Virus record (IMG/VR): IMGVR_UViG_3300028045_000010
Coordinates: 8,060 to 72,059 of that record
Reading direction: 5' to 3' (one strand)
DNA: 64,000 nt
Source: a virus
The translations under genes and the position numbers were made by a program. How positions within the stretch are numbered: position 1 is the stretch's first letter; every line of letters begins with the position of its first letter. This document shows, one piece after another, positions 47,264 through 60,355 of this stretch. Below the pieces are notes generated by a model. That model searched no databases. It had not been told where the DNA came from and saw only the letters and a list, made by a program, of their open reading frames with translations.

Positions 47264-48148
47264 TTAACTATTAAGACCTTTAGAAATGTTGTTAAAATCT
47301 TGGTTTACATTGATGTTATTTCTAATTTGTCTAATATCTACACTTCCTTGATTAAAATCTTTCTTTCTAGTATATAAATTATACTGTCTATATATGTTTC
47401 CGTTTTCATCGAAATAAGTCAATATACCAGTAGAATTATCTCTTGTTGTATTTCCATATAGAGCGTATGACAAAGTTTTTACATCATGCTCTACCATTTC
47501 AACTTCTATATGAACTGGGTCGAAGTACGTATTAGTTAAAAATATTTCTTGTCCTGCAGAACCTATATTTCCTCCGCCTTTACCAGAAACTAAACTTCCT
47601 TCATCAGGACTTACTGTCAAAAAGAGAGCGTTACCTGAAGAGTCTAAAATATAGCTAATTGCCCCTCTATTTATAGTGTTGTTATTTGTTGCTGGGGACA
47701 CTAGGTCACTACTTGTTATTATTTTATTAGAATTTTTTATTTTTATACCTGTATTTTTATCAATATATTCAACCGACCAACCTACTAAGCTATTTGTTTT
47801 TTTAAATTGAGATGATGGTATTACTATTCCTTTTTTTGAAATTTGAACTCCAATTTCATCTTCTGTAACTACTACTGAACAATCTGAAATTGTCAGCCTG
47901 AAAGTTTTAGGTTTTATTAGTACTGAATAAAATCCAAGTTCTGTAAAGACATTTGCTGGCAATCTTAATTTATACATGCCGTCTGCTCCTAGCATTTTTA
48001 ACAAATCACTTTCGCTAATAGTGTCATATAGAGGTTTAAAAGCAATTTCTCCTGTAGATTCTCTATCTGGTGAGAACGCATACAAAACATCTACTTCATC
48101 AGCAGTAACATCTGCCAGTTTTTTTGTACCATATATACCTACACTCAT
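47264..48148 (-). CDS. virion structural protein
   Basis: Lies in the structural cluster; TATTTAT upstream on the - strand. Confidence 0.55.
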   Translation of the reverse strand: MSVGIYGTKKLADVTADEVDVLYAFSPDRESTGEIAFKPLYDTISESDLLKMLGADGMYKLRLPANVFTELGFYSVLIKPKTFRLTISDCSVVVTEDEIGVQISKKGIVIPSSQFKKTNSLVGWSVEYIDKNTGIKIKNSNKIITSSDLVSPATNNNTINRGAISYILDSSGNALFLTVSPDEGSLVSGKGGGNIGSAGQEIFLTNTYFDPVHIEVEMVEHDVKTLSYALYGNTTRDNSTGILTYFDENGNIYRQYNLYTRKKDFNQGSVDIRQIRNNINVNQDFNNISKGLNS

Positions 48149-48241
48149 AGTAATGTTTTATTTATATAAATATAGTGAATTAAAAATATTTTGAAAGTAT
48201 TAAATTGTTTATTTTTTATTTCTTAAAGATTTTATAATATT

Positions 48242-49351
<1,110 letters not shown>

Positions 49352-49390
49352 ATAAATGTGTTCATATATAAATATTATTATTTAAATATT

Positions 49391-52384
49391 TTAAGTAATT
49401 CCACTAAAAGAAGGGTTTCCACCAAAATCACCAGCTGGGTTTGGGTATGATTCTATTGGTATTAAAGAATTATTTAAAAAGCTTCCATTACATGTTACAT
49501 AGTTTATTTCATATGGAGTAAATGCTCTTGTTACTTTTGTATAAGAGTTGCTTCCACCACCTCCGAAATTACTAAATCCACCAGTTGTAGTTTCAAATAT
49601 TTCATTTAAAAATATAGTACCATTCATTTCTACTACTTTTGGACCATTTCCTGTAATATTATCTTTAAAAGTATCAGGAAAAACAAATTTTGCTTGTATA
49701 TTTCTATTTTTAACTAATTGAACTTCGTTAAATGTTAATTCAGACTCTAAAAACTCTAAGTTTTTGGAAGACACTCCTGCAATTGTTAGTTGTTTATTTT
49801 CATCTATTAATATGCCAAGTTTGCTTGAATAATATCTTATTTTTTTACCTGCAGTAAAACCATCAACAATGAAGTCTCCGCCATCAACTCTTTCAAGTTC
49901 TTTTTTATTTTTTACATCTGATTTTATAACAAATGATTCATTAGAAAGTATTCTGCTTTTTACATTTTCAATTCGGCTAGTTAGAAAGTATTTAGAGTTT
50001 TCTGGGTTTGCCGTTGCCTTTATCGCTTCACTCTGCATTGGTATTATTACTTTAGGAAATATTCTAGACTTTATTTCTTCGATAGAGTTTCCATTATTCC
50101 CATAATTAAAAGAGTTTTGTGGGCTAGATATGTTGCTTGCTTTTATTCTAAATTCATATCTTGACTTTAAAAATTGATTTAATTGTTTTTTTAGACCATA
50201 ATTAGATGGTAAATCTATTATTACTTCCCTAAACCCTGATGGTTTTGATACTGTGAATTTAGCGACAACTTCATCTGTCTTTACAGTCTTGTAACCTTTT
50301 TCAAATGAAATAAATAATTTTGATGGAGTATCTTCTTCTCCCACACCTTCAACAAATATTTGTTCGCCTTTATTTATTATTTCTATTGTATATTCAAAAT
50401 CATCAGTAAAACTCTTGAAATCGCCATTTCCATTACCAACTTTCAGTCTTAACTCTTTTTTTTCTGTTACCAACGAATCGTTCATTCTAAACATTCCGTA
50501 CCCTTTATTAAAATTGCCAGGCATTATATATCTAGTAAAATTAGGTATCATACTATCTTTAATTGTTATAATATGTTCATTAACTTCATCATTAGATATG
50601 ATAACATTTTGAGATGGATTTTTTAATTTAAGATTTATATTTAAGTCGTTGGCATATTGAAAATCGTTTAATATTTCAACGTCAAACTTAGCACTTGAAA
50701 CTCCTTCTGTAAGTAATATTGTCTTTTCAAATGCTCCAACAATCTCTGTTTCAAAATTATAAACAAATTTTGCTTGTATATTTCTATTGTTTCTATCGCG
50801 GTTATTGTCAAAACTTAATGGCGAACCCAAAAGAAGTAGTTTGGTGTTAGTGACTTGTAAAATTAGTATTGTTTTATTTACATCTATGTCTTTACCCCTT
50901 CTTCTTGAAGAGTAATTTAAGTTTTTGCCTGAAATAAAACCATCAGCTATAAAACTTCCTCCATCAGTTCTTTTAATTACACCACCCTTACTATTTCCTC
51001 CTGGTAGATTTATGCCTTGTGTCTTAATTTCTAAATCTTCGACAACATATTCTATTTTATCACTACTTGTTGTTATTGTAGTGGTGTCAGTTCCTAAAAA
51101 GTTTTTGCCTAATATAGCTGTAGAATTTATTAAATCTGCATATACTACTACTGTTTGGTTTGGTACATTCATCGGCCTATCAAGAAACAACTCTACAGAT
51201 ACAGTAGTTGCACTTTCAATTATTTCTTTTGATGGCACTGCAAAACTTATAGGTATAGGCTTATCTTTATCTTCTATTGTCAAAAAGAATTCATTATTTT
51301 TTTCGTTTTCTTCTAAAAATTTAAAATTATTAAATCCGAAAGAAACTTTTTCTGTATTTTCTACATATAAATCATCTAACAATTCTACTTCTACTTTTTT
51401 ATACTGTTCACCTATTTCCCATTTTAACGTTTTTGTTTTTAATAAAAAATCTTGATTGGGATTTCTTGTCGTTTCATCATTTTTAACATAAACACCTACC
51501 TCTTCTATTCCATATATACTGGGGTAATCTAATTTTGCAAAAAATTCAAATTTACCAAAACTCTCATCTACTGTGGCATTGTTTATGTTTGTTGAGCCAA
51601 AAGAAGAGTTTATTGATGAGTTTAATGAATCAATAACTTGTTTAGAAGTATTTTCAATTTCAGAATTTTCTATTAATGACTTTGTGTTATTTATAAATTC
51701 ATTATCTAAAGAGTTTAAAAAAGAAACTTTTGGAGCTCTATATAAATTTAAATCAGACTTAATCCAATGTGTATCATAAAGAAATTTAAAATCATTCTCT
51801 ACTATTGTCTCATTTCCTTTTAGGTCTATTTCTAAAGTTTCAGTTCCAAAAGGTATTTTAGTTCCTTGTGAATTATAATATATAAATGGCACTTTTATTT
51901 TAGCATAAAGTTTTTTTTCGCTACTTTTTATTGTTAAAATTAACTCTTTATTTTCACCTATTCTTCTATTTCTAATGGGACTAATTTCAAATATAAAATA
52001 ATATGAACTCTTTTTTTTCCAAAATATATTTTTACTTAAACTCCCACCGCTAGAAAGAGGTATTGTATTTATTTTATGATAAGGTTTTGGTGTTATATTT
52101 GTACTAAACTTAGGAGAATATAGTGAATCTTCATGATTTGTTGATATTTCTATTTGTAAATTTTCAGTATCAGAAAAATTAGACTCGCAAGTTCCATATA
52201 CACAAAACTTTAAAGACTTTTCTCTTTCTTTTGTAAATTGTTCCTTTAAATTAAAATTATTATTTATTATTTCATTAACTAATTCATCAGAATCTCTAGA
52301 AAGTTCTAAGTTTACAAAAACATCCTCATTTTTATATGGGAATAAATCTTTTTTTCCTAATACTATTTTTAACTTTTCTTTCAT
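49391..52384 (-). CDS. large virion protein with Calx-beta-like Ig domains and a duplicated insert
   Basis: KVEVELLDDLYVENTE; TIEDKD; two DGGxFIxDGF...NRNIQAKFV copies. Confidence 0.6.
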   Translation of the reverse strand: MKEKLKIVLGKKDLFPYKNEDVFVNLELSRDSDELVNEIINNNFNLKEQFTKEREKSLKFCVYGTCESNFSDTENLQIEISTNHEDSLYSPKFSTNITPKPYHKINTIPLSSGGSLSKNIFWKKKSSYYFIFEISPIRNRRIGENKELILTIKSSEKKLYAKIKVPFIYYNSQGTKIPFGTETLEIDLKGNETIVENDFKFLYDTHWIKSDLNLYRAPKVSFLNSLDNEFINNTKSLIENSEIENTSKQVIDSLNSSINSSFGSTNINNATVDESFGKFEFFAKLDYPSIYGIEEVGVYVKNDETTRNPNQDFLLKTKTLKWEIGEQYKKVEVELLDDLYVENTEKVSFGFNNFKFLEENEKNNEFFLTIEDKDKPIPISFAVPSKEIIESATTVSVELFLDRPMNVPNQTVVVYADLINSTAILGKNFLGTDTTTITTSSDKIEYVVEDLEIKTQGINLPGGNSKGGVIKRTDGGSFIADGFISGKNLNYSSRRRGKDIDVNKTILILQVTNTKLLLLGSPLSFDNNRDRNNRNIQAKFVYNFETEIVGAFEKTILLTEGVSSAKFDVEILNDFQYANDLNINLKLKNPSQNVIISNDEVNEHIITIKDSMIPNFTRYIMPGNFNKGYGMFRMNDSLVTEKKELRLKVGNGNGDFKSFTDDFEYTIEIINKGEQIFVEGVGEEDTPSKLFISFEKGYKTVKTDEVVAKFTVSKPSGFREVIIDLPSNYGLKKQLNQFLKSRYEFRIKASNISSPQNSFNYGNNGNSIEEIKSRIFPKVIIPMQSEAIKATANPENSKYFLTSRIENVKSRILSNESFVIKSDVKNKKELERVDGGDFIVDGFTAGKKIRYYSSKLGILIDENKQLTIAGVSSKNLEFLESELTFNEVQLVKNRNIQAKFVFPDTFKDNITGNGPKVVEMNGTIFLNEIFETTTGGFSNFGGGGSNSYTKVTRAFTPYEINYVTCNGSFLNNSLIPIESYPNPAGDFGGNPSFSGIT

Positions 52385-52385
52385 T

Positions 52386-55300
52386 TTATTCGGATGGGGC
52401 TGTTACTGTTCGAAATACTACATATCCTCCGTTGCTACAGCTTGCAAAAGTAGAAGCTGCTGAATATTTTGAACTATTAATTTCGAAGGTTGGGGCTGAA
52501 TTGCTTTGGACAACTAAAACTCCATTAATATAATGTGTCGATGTATTGTTGTGGTCATTGTCACATTTTTGAAATTGATTTTTCTTTTTTCCTGAAGTAT
52601 AAATGTTCACACTACTCTGACTGTTTGCTATTGATGAGCGTATATAATATGTTGGCACTTCTGCTTTAGGGAAGCCTCCTAATACAAATGAATAGTAATT
52701 TGACTTCTTCAGACCAACCTTTTTCATTTCACCAGTTTCAAAATAGATTTGATATTTACAATCATTGTAAGTGTTTTCTAATTCATCAAAAAGACTATTT
52801 GTTTGAAATTCAATAATTCCTCCTGTTGCTATAGGAAATTCTACCGATTTGCCCACCTCTACATCTTTGGAAGTTCCATTTACTTTAACTGCTCTCTGTA
52901 TACTTCCATCATTTCTTATGTAAACTTTCATTGCTGTCGCAAATTGTGTTGAATTGTTTTTGTCAGTCCTGATTCTTAATTTGGTTTTATCTTTATTTTC
53001 TTTATCAACCCCAGCCAACACATCTCCAACATTTAGTTTAAAATATTTAAAAACCTCAGGAGGCCTTGGTACTATTAAATCATCTACAGTATCATCTATT
53101 ACTCTATATATATCTAAAGAACCTGCTCTAAGCCAAATTGGTAAAGTAGAATCTAAGCTTAGCCATATTTGTTCACCCTTTCTAAACATGCCACTGTCTA
53201 AATAGGTTTTTGGAATAAATCGTAATTCTCCACTATCTGCAGGTGGCGTATATTTTGAGTTTATATCTGATTCTAACATAATGTCGCCCCAACTTCGACT
53301 GTCAATTCTTCCCCAACCTTCTGGTTTTAGCCAATATGAAAATCCTGACTCAACTCTTTGATATCTCTCTCCATCTTTTATGGTGTAGTTTTCCGTAAAG
53401 CTATCTTGATGATATTTCGGCCTAAAACCATTAGACCACTCATCATCCCATCTTGAACCTTGTTCGTACTTATATATTCTATATCTAGTAATAACTGTTC
53501 CAAACCTATTAAAAATACTCTCACCAGACTCAAAACCTTTCATTGAAGAATATCCATGCCCTACGTTGTCATCTTCATCAGGATATACAAAAAGGCCTGG
53601 CATGTCTCCGTCTACATATCTAGGTTGCAACTTTATATTTTGGTCTCTATTTTTTGTACTAACTTTAGGAGTTCTTGGTATTTTATATTTATTTGGGTAA
53701 TTTATTGTCCAAGGCCTTTCATAAGGAAAAACATTTGAAGAACTTCCAGGCGGTTCACCAGTCGCATCGGCTATTGAATTGCCAGGACCTCTATTAATGT
53801 CAAAGTGACTAGATTTTTGTTGAAAATCTGCTCTTGCTGTGATTGCTCTTCTTATAAATCCTGTAGCTCTATATAATGGCGTTTCGACATCGCCTCCATA
53901 TAACATTTTCATTTCATAACAAGATAACCAAACTCCTTTTTTGTTGCTTAGACTTTTTCTCTCAGAATTAAGAGAAGCTCGTCCATTTGGGTCATATAAG
54001 TTTGCTGGCAATTTAAATGCTTGAAATCCATCCCCTCTATATTGTGCTTTATATTTAGATGTTTTAACTTCAGTAGACCACCCAACCCTTTCAGTTTCAT
54101 CTCTACTATATATATCTAAAACTTCAACAAGCTCATTAGTTAATGGGTAACCTTCTTTTGTCATGTCTTTTACTAAGACATTTAACGACTGAAAGTCGCC
54201 TCCTGCTAATAGTTCTGAAAGATTTTCTTGATTTCTTGAAATAGGAGATATGTAATAAGTACTCCATTTTCTCATATCTACATTTGCAACTATATCTACT
54301 TGAGTGTATCCAGTTTGAAAAGAGCCCCAAGAAGGACCTACTCCTACTGGTATTTGTCTAAAGTAAAAATGAGGAACGCTATCAACATTTGGACTTGTTG
54401 AAGTTGGGTATGGAAAAAAATTTAACCTAACTTCATCTTTTGTCATCCCTTGTTTTAGTAGGTCAACTTCAAACATTAATATTCTATCACCAGTTGGAAC
54501 ATTTTCTATTATAAATTCTCCATTTTGGTCTGTTATGGTAGAGTATAAATATTGTTCTGGCACATTTAATGAGTTAACACCTTTTAGTATAGGGTTAACA
54601 TTTTCAATACCTTCTGAATTAAGGTTTCCTTGATATTTTTTAGCTGCTTTTGAGCCAACATCAGTAACCCAAGAATGTTCATCTGAATAATCCCATCTAT
54701 TTGAGTTTTCTAAAATATTAAGAGATATTCTATTTCCATCATCATCAGTAGATGATGTTGTTGGAAATTTATCTGACGGATTAAATATTACAACTGGTAC
54801 GTTTCCTAGTGGTATTTTTATTCGCTCTCCATTTTCGTCTATTAACTTTTGTCTTGCATATAAAGTACCCATTACAACACCTGTACTAGATTCTTGATTA
54901 GGAAATTCTGATAGTGGATTATTTTTTACACTTAAAGTATCTAAAGTATCAACACTTCTTATGAGAGATATGTCAACATTATAATCTTGTTTTTTCTCCT
55001 TTTTAAAAAACACACCAGTATAAGAACTTGAACCAGACACTGCATCGCCCTCCCTTTTAAAAAAAGATTTAGCATTTATTTGGTTTTCATCTAATACTGA
55101 GTCTTCATAATTTATAGAATATTTTTTTCCTTTTATAACATTTTTAGACTCTTCTTCGGTTAAAAATTCATATTCTGTACTTAAAGGCTTTCTCCTAAAG
55201 TAAGAGCCATCTATCTTTTCAAGTAATTCAATTATTTCATTATCATTTCCAATTAAACCGTAAGACTCTTCTTCTTCTTTAAACAATTGATTCCAAGGCC

Positions 55301-55436
55301 CTGTTACTGGGAATGAATCTCCGTTAGATGTGAAAATTTGGTTAATACGAGATATATTTGCATCTACATTTGTGAAATACACACCTATATTAATATCTTT
55401 TTCAACTGTTATTTTTTTAATACTTTCTGACATCAA
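52386..55436 (-). CDS. large virion/baseplate protein
   Basis: TDQNGEFIIENVPTG; baseplate context. Confidence 0.55.
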   Translation of the reverse strand: MMSESIKKITVEKDINIGVYFTNVDANISRINQIFTSNGDSFPVTGPWNQLFKEEEESYGLIGNDNEIIELLEKIDGSYFRRKPLSTEYEFLTEEESKNVIKGKKYSINYEDSVLDENQINAKSFFKREGDAVSGSSSYTGVFFKKEKKQDYNVDISLIRSVDTLDTLSVKNNPLSEFPNQESSTGVVMGTLYARQKLIDENGERIKIPLGNVPVVIFNPSDKFPTTSSTDDDGNRISLNILENSNRWDYSDEHSWVTDVGSKAAKKYQGNLNSEGIENVNPILKGVNSLNVPEQYLYSTITDQNGEFIIENVPTGDRILMFEVDLLKQGMTKDEVRLNFFPYPTSTSPNVDSVPHFYFRQIPVGVGPSWGSFQTGYTQVDIVANVDMRKWSTYYISPISRNQENLSELLAGGDFQSLNVLVKDMTKEGYPLTNELVEVLDIYSRDETERVGWSTEVKTSKYKAQYRGDGFQAFKLPANLYDPNGRASLNSERKSLSNKKGVWLSCYEMKMLYGGDVETPLYRATGFIRRAITARADFQQKSSHFDINRGPGNSIADATGEPPGSSSNVFPYERPWTINYPNKYKIPRTPKVSTKNRDQNIKLQPRYVDGDMPGLFVYPDEDDNVGHGYSSMKGFESGESIFNRFGTVITRYRIYKYEQGSRWDDEWSNGFRPKYHQDSFTENYTIKDGERYQRVESGFSYWLKPEGWGRIDSRSWGDIMLESDINSKYTPPADSGELRFIPKTYLDSGMFRKGEQIWLSLDSTLPIWLRAGSLDIYRVIDDTVDDLIVPRPPEVFKYFKLNVGDVLAGVDKENKDKTKLRIRTDKNNSTQFATAMKVYIRNDGSIQRAVKVNGTSKDVEVGKSVEFPIATGGIIEFQTNSLFDELENTYNDCKYQIYFETGEMKKVGLKKSNYYSFVLGGFPKAEVPTYYIRSSIANSQSSVNIYTSGKKKNQFQKCDNDHNNTSTHYINGVLVVQSNSAPTFEINSSKYSAASTFASCSNGGYVVFRTVTAPSE

Positions 55437-55489
55437 ACTTGTTTAATTCTATACTTAATAGATAGTTAAATTTAAAAAAAAGTCAACTT

Positions 55490-56896
55490 TTAATCTATTT
55501 CAATAGAGAAATATAAGTCTTCTTTTAGTATTTTTTTTGTGCCCAACTCATTAACTCTAAGTTCTATTTTATAATTTTGATTAGATAATAGCCATGAAGT
55601 ATCTATATCTATAAATGATTTAGAGCAATTATCTATTACAATAGTATTAAATTTTGACCAAGGTATAATTTCTGTTATTTGATTTTCAACAAGTCTATAT
55701 TCTAGTCCATAATATTCATTTGGAGATTTTGTACTATAATTAATTCTAGTGTCAGCATAAACTCTTATAATTTCACCTTTTTTAATTATAGAATTATTAG
55801 ATATACCATATAAATCAACAACATAATCGTTAGTTTCTTTTGGATAATTATTATAATAACTTCCTAGGATTTGAAATGTTTGTTCAAAATTTTGCTTATC
55901 TACTCCTGGGTTGAATGTTACATCATTCCAAACATCTTTATATCTTTGTGACTTTGTTGCTGAACTCATTAGTATATCAACATAATAAAAGCCTTTTGTC
56001 AATAAGGTTGGAGTTAATCCTGTGTAAACATCTACATTAGAAACTGTTTTTATAGAAACTGTTCCTGCAGAAAAATAATTTGCCGATGTATTACCGCTAT
56101 AAACGTTTAAAAACAATCTTGAAACCCTATCATTAGCAACTCTCAATCTATCGTCTCTTACTATTTGACTATCATACACCACTTCTATATATGGTTTAAA
56201 TGCTGTATTAGTTTTTTCCGTAAAAAATCTTGACAAATATCTAGTATTTCCACTTATTAACTCATACTCTCTAGCATAAGCTATAGCAAAGCCATTATTT
56301 TGCGAACCGCCACTCAACCAATCTTTTACCATATCGGTAACGTCCATATCCATATCTTCATCTCCTTTGTCAAAATGTTGAGTAGAATATTGTGTAACAG
56401 CAGTTGAGCCTGTTGGATTAGTAAATACGCCTGGCTCGTCCCATTGAGTTATACTTGTTGCATAATTCCAATTAGAATAACCAGTTAAATTAGTATCTCC
56501 TTCTGCTACTTTTATAAATTCAGTACCCAATAAGTCATAGCCCCTGCCTTGGTCCCAATATTTATTTATTGGAAATGCTACTAGGTCAAATGATGTTGCA
56601 ATTCTTTTTTTTCTTTTTGCAAATTCAAAATCAGAATCTAACAATTCATTATCTGGGACTACGTTTGTCATCTTTAATCTATAAGAAGAAACAAAGTTTG
56701 GATTTATATCTTTTGAATTTATTTGAGACTGTAATTCATCTAAGTTAAACTGCACTAAATGTCTTGAAATACTAGCTCTACTAGAACTTTCACCATACCA
56801 TAGTAATGCCCCAGGATTATACCCAGAATTAAACTCTTTATAATACCCACTAGCTATAGTATTACTTTTGTTAGGATATATTCGAAATCTTCCCAT
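55490..56896 (-). CDS. virion protein with DNRLRE/CBM96-like domain
   Basis: SRHLVQFNL...WDQGRG...DVTDMVKDWL...NNGF...KPYIEVVY. Confidence 0.5.
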   Translation of the reverse strand: MGRFRIYPNKSNTIASGYYKEFNSGYNPGALLWYGESSSRASISRHLVQFNLDELQSQINSKDINPNFVSSYRLKMTNVVPDNELLDSDFEFAKRKKRIATSFDLVAFPINKYWDQGRGYDLLGTEFIKVAEGDTNLTGYSNWNYATSITQWDEPGVFTNPTGSTAVTQYSTQHFDKGDEDMDMDVTDMVKDWLSGGSQNNGFAIAYAREYELISGNTRYLSRFFTEKTNTAFKPYIEVVYDSQIVRDDRLRVANDRVSRLFLNVYSGNTSANYFSAGTVSIKTVSNVDVYTGLTPTLLTKGFYYVDILMSSATKSQRYKDVWNDVTFNPGVDKQNFEQTFQILGSYYNNYPKETNDYVVDLYGISNNSIIKKGEIIRVYADTRINYSTKSPNEYYGLEYRLVENQITEIIPWSKFNTIVIDNCSKSFIDIDTSWLLSNQNYKIELRVNELGTKKILKEDLYFSIEID

Positions 56897-57000
56897 TTTA
56901 ATTATTTAAAAAATCATATTTATTATACAAATATAAATAGTATTCGAAAAAAGTCTTTATTTTTTTTGCTTTTACTATTTATTTATATAATAAATAAAGA

Positions 57001-57432
<432 letters not shown>

Positions 57433-57435
57433 GAT

Positions 57436-59310
57436 ATGCCAGAAATAAAAGAACAAAATTATTTAAATAGAGATTTTGATACTATATCGGCTGATATAGA
57501 TAGTATATTAAAAACATACTTCCCAGAAGAGTGGCAAGATTTTAATGTTAGTAGTGCTGGTATGGCGCTCGTTGACTTGTTAGCATATGTTTCTGATTTA
57601 CTATCTTATTATACAGATAAAAGATTTAATGAACTTTTTTTAGACGGAACAAAAGAGCCTAGCTCAGTATATAGATTAGCTAAAACTTTAGGCTATAAAG
57701 TTCCTGGCAGAAAGGGCTCTTCTACTTTGGTAGACATAGTTATTAGAGTTCCAATAACCAGTACAGGTCCAGATGTTCAATATTTACCAATATATAGACC
57801 TGGGCTTCGAATAGAAGGTGGTGGGCAAAATTTTGAAACTCAAAATCAAATAGATTTTTCAAATGATTATTCAGAGACTGGTGCTGCGAATAGAGTTGTG
57901 GAGCCAGTTTTTGATGCTTCACAAAATATATTAGAATATAAAATTACTAAAAGAGAGTTTTGCGTGGCTGGTACTACTACGGTTTTTAAAAAAATTATTA
58001 CAGAACAAGAATCTAATACACAATTTTTAGAAATATTTTTACCTGGTAGTAATACTTTAGATATTGTAGATGTAATAGCCTACCCTACTACAGACTCATC
58101 TTTTACGCCAACATATACAGACTATAAGAATTTTGAAATTAAATACTATGAAGTAGAGCATTTGGCAGATTCTAAAGTTTTTATAAATAAAGATAATGAT
58201 TCAGACTCTTCCGCTGGCACTTGGGTAGAAGTTAATAGAAGGTTTACTAAAGAATTTTCTCCAAATGGAGCTTGTTCTTTAACTTTTGGTTCAGGCACTC
58301 CTAATGTTGATGCTTATGCAGAATATTTAAACAATCTCACAATAACTAATGCTGGTGATATTGATTATAAAAAAATGTTTAACAATACTTCTTTGGGTTC
58401 AAAATTACCAGCGCAACACACTTTATTTGTCAAATATAGAATTGGTGGGGGTGAGTCGACAAATATAGGCGCTAGAGTTTTAGGTTCAGTTTCAAATATA
58501 GATGCCGTAATATTAGGTGTAGACGCTGCAAAAAATGATGCAGTCTTATCTTCAACCAGAGGAACAAATGTTATTCCTGCGCTAGGAGGTAAAGGGCTTC
58601 CAAGTCCACAAGAAATAAGATATGCAGCATCAAGTAATTTCGCATCACAAGAAAGATGCATGACTATACCAGACTATTTAGCTAGAGTAAAGCAAATGCC
58701 AGGAACTTTTGGAGTTCCATTTAGAGTTGGAGGCAAAGTTAATGATAATAAAATTCAAATATATATAATTTCTAAAGATGGAAATGGAAAACTAACAGAA
58801 AATTCAACTAGTGTAGTAAAAGACAATATGGTACAATATCTTTCAAGATATAGAATGATAAACGATTTTGTTGAAATAAACGGAGCAAAAGTTATTAATT
58901 TAATGTTTGAAATAGACTTGTTGACAGATAAAAGTTATAATGCAAACGAAGTTAGGTTAGAGGCATTACAAAATATGAAAAAATATTTTAATGTTGATGA
59001 ATGGGATATGAATCAACCTATATATATATCTCAATTAACAGATAATCTCAGAGATATTCCTGGGGTTATAAATGTGGTTGAAATTAAAGCATATAATTTA
59101 GAGGGAGGAAAATACTCTTCAACTTTAATAACTCAAGCAGATGGTCCTAGTGAATTTTTAAATAATAACCCAAATGTTGCTGGTAATACTAATAATTCTG
59201 GAGCTAGAAAGACTTTGATAAACTATATAGATAACTCTATATTATCAACTCCTCTATCTATGTTTGAAATTAGATATCCTGATACAGACATATTAGTAAG
59301 AACAAGTTAA
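57436..59310 (+). CDS. baseplate wedge protein (T4 gp6/baseplate J-like)
   Basis: YLNRDFD...DFNVSSAGMALVDLLAYV...LAKTLGY...YRIGGG...SQERCMT..DY. Confidence 0.85.
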   Translation: MPEIKEQNYLNRDFDTISADIDSILKTYFPEEWQDFNVSSAGMALVDLLAYVSDLLSYYTDKRFNELFLDGTKEPSSVYRLAKTLGYKVPGRKGSSTLVDIVIRVPITSTGPDVQYLPIYRPGLRIEGGGQNFETQNQIDFSNDYSETGAANRVVEPVFDASQNILEYKITKREFCVAGTTTVFKKIITEQESNTQFLEIFLPGSNTLDIVDVIAYPTTDSSFTPTYTDYKNFEIKYYEVEHLADSKVFINKDNDSDSSAGTWVEVNRRFTKEFSPNGACSLTFGSGTPNVDAYAEYLNNLTITNAGDIDYKKMFNNTSLGSKLPAQHTLFVKYRIGGGESTNIGARVLGSVSNIDAVILGVDAAKNDAVLSSTRGTNVIPALGGKGLPSPQEIRYAASSNFASQERCMTIPDYLARVKQMPGTFGVPFRVGGKVNDNKIQIYIISKDGNGKLTENSTSVVKDNMVQYLSRYRMINDFVEINGAKVINLMFEIDLLTDKSYNANEVRLEALQNMKKYFNVDEWDMNQPIYISQLTDNLRDIPGVINVVEIKAYNLEGGKYSSTLITQADGPSEFLNNNPNVAGNTNNSGARKTLINYIDNSILSTPLSMFEIRYPDTDILVRTS

Positions 59311-60350
59311 TTTGTTCTTACAGAATTGGAAAGTATTTTAGCCATAACAGTCTCGTCTTGGTAGGCTTTTAATTCAGAAACAAAATCAACTTCATCAAAT
59401 TCAGGAGATACTGGGTTTTGCGGCTGATGTATATGTTGTAGGCAAAATCTTATTATTAATTGTAACAAACTTTCTAATTCGTCCCCCAAAACTAAAGGAT
59501 GCAATTCTTTTGCTTGTTTCCCATAAATTTCCAGCCTTTTGTTTGTTTCAGTTTCTATATTAGGTAAAAAATTGTCATCAAAATCTAATAGTCTATTTTT
59601 GGCTGATGTTTTATCTGATGATATTAAATTTATATTAGAGCCTACGATATTTAATTGAGACCAATCTACGAGAGGAGGCGGCCCAACATCAAATGGTTCT
59701 TGTGGAGATACTGTACTTGTCTGTCTTAATTGAATAAAACATTTTGTTTCTTCATTTAACTTAAAGTTAGCTGAATTTTCATCAAATGCTCCTGCTCTTA
59801 TTAATACTTCTCTAGATTTAAATATAATATCAGAATCTTCTTTTCCTTTTATGTAAATATATTTTTCATTATTATCAACAATTGAAGAATCTTCAGCTTG
59901 AACTTTTTTTTCTGCATTAAAATTTACAGGATTAAATAACTTAATAGCTGAGCCTGCACTTTCGTTTTTTTGCGTTGGATTTTTAACTCCTCTAATTGGA
60001 CCTATATAATATCTGTCATTATCTGGTTTTGTTGGATTTGCAAATAATATATAAACTAATTCCCCAGGCTCTGGTATAGAACTAAAAAAATCAGGAATCA
60101 AAGGAAATGCCACTGCCCCTTCTTCAATTGCGTCTATGTTATTTTTGTCTTTTCCTGCAATTATTATATTGTTATTTTCATCTTTTGTTACTATTCTAAC
60201 TTTTATTCTTCCCATTTTTGAAGAATCAACATTATCCATAACTTCAGCTAAATATATTATTTTATTACTCGTACTTTGAGCATTACTAGCTGTAGCCACT
60301 TGCTGCTGTACTGAGTGGCCTATATATTTCGAAAGAGAATCAGGTAACAT
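59307..60350 (-). CDS. baseplate hub/gp5-N (Vgr OB-fold)-like protein
   Basis: VMDNVDSSKMGRIKVRI...IPEPGELVYILF...RYYIG; C-terminal HIH. Confidence 0.7.
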   Translation of the reverse strand: MLPDSLSKYIGHSVQQQVATASNAQSTSNKIIYLAEVMDNVDSSKMGRIKVRIVTKDENNNIIIAGKDKNNIDAIEEGAVAFPLIPDFFSSIPEPGELVYILFANPTKPDNDRYYIGPIRGVKNPTQKNESAGSAIKLFNPVNFNAEKKVQAEDSSIVDNNEKYIYIKGKEDSDIIFKSREVLIRAGAFDENSANFKLNEETKCFIQLRQTSTVSPQEPFDVGPPPLVDWSQLNIVGSNINLISSDKTSAKNRLLDFDDNFLPNIETETNKRLEIYGKQAKELHPLVLGDELESLLQLIIRFCLQHIHQPQNPVSPEFDEVDFVSELKAYQDETVMAKILSNSVRTN

Positions 60351-60355
60351 AATTT

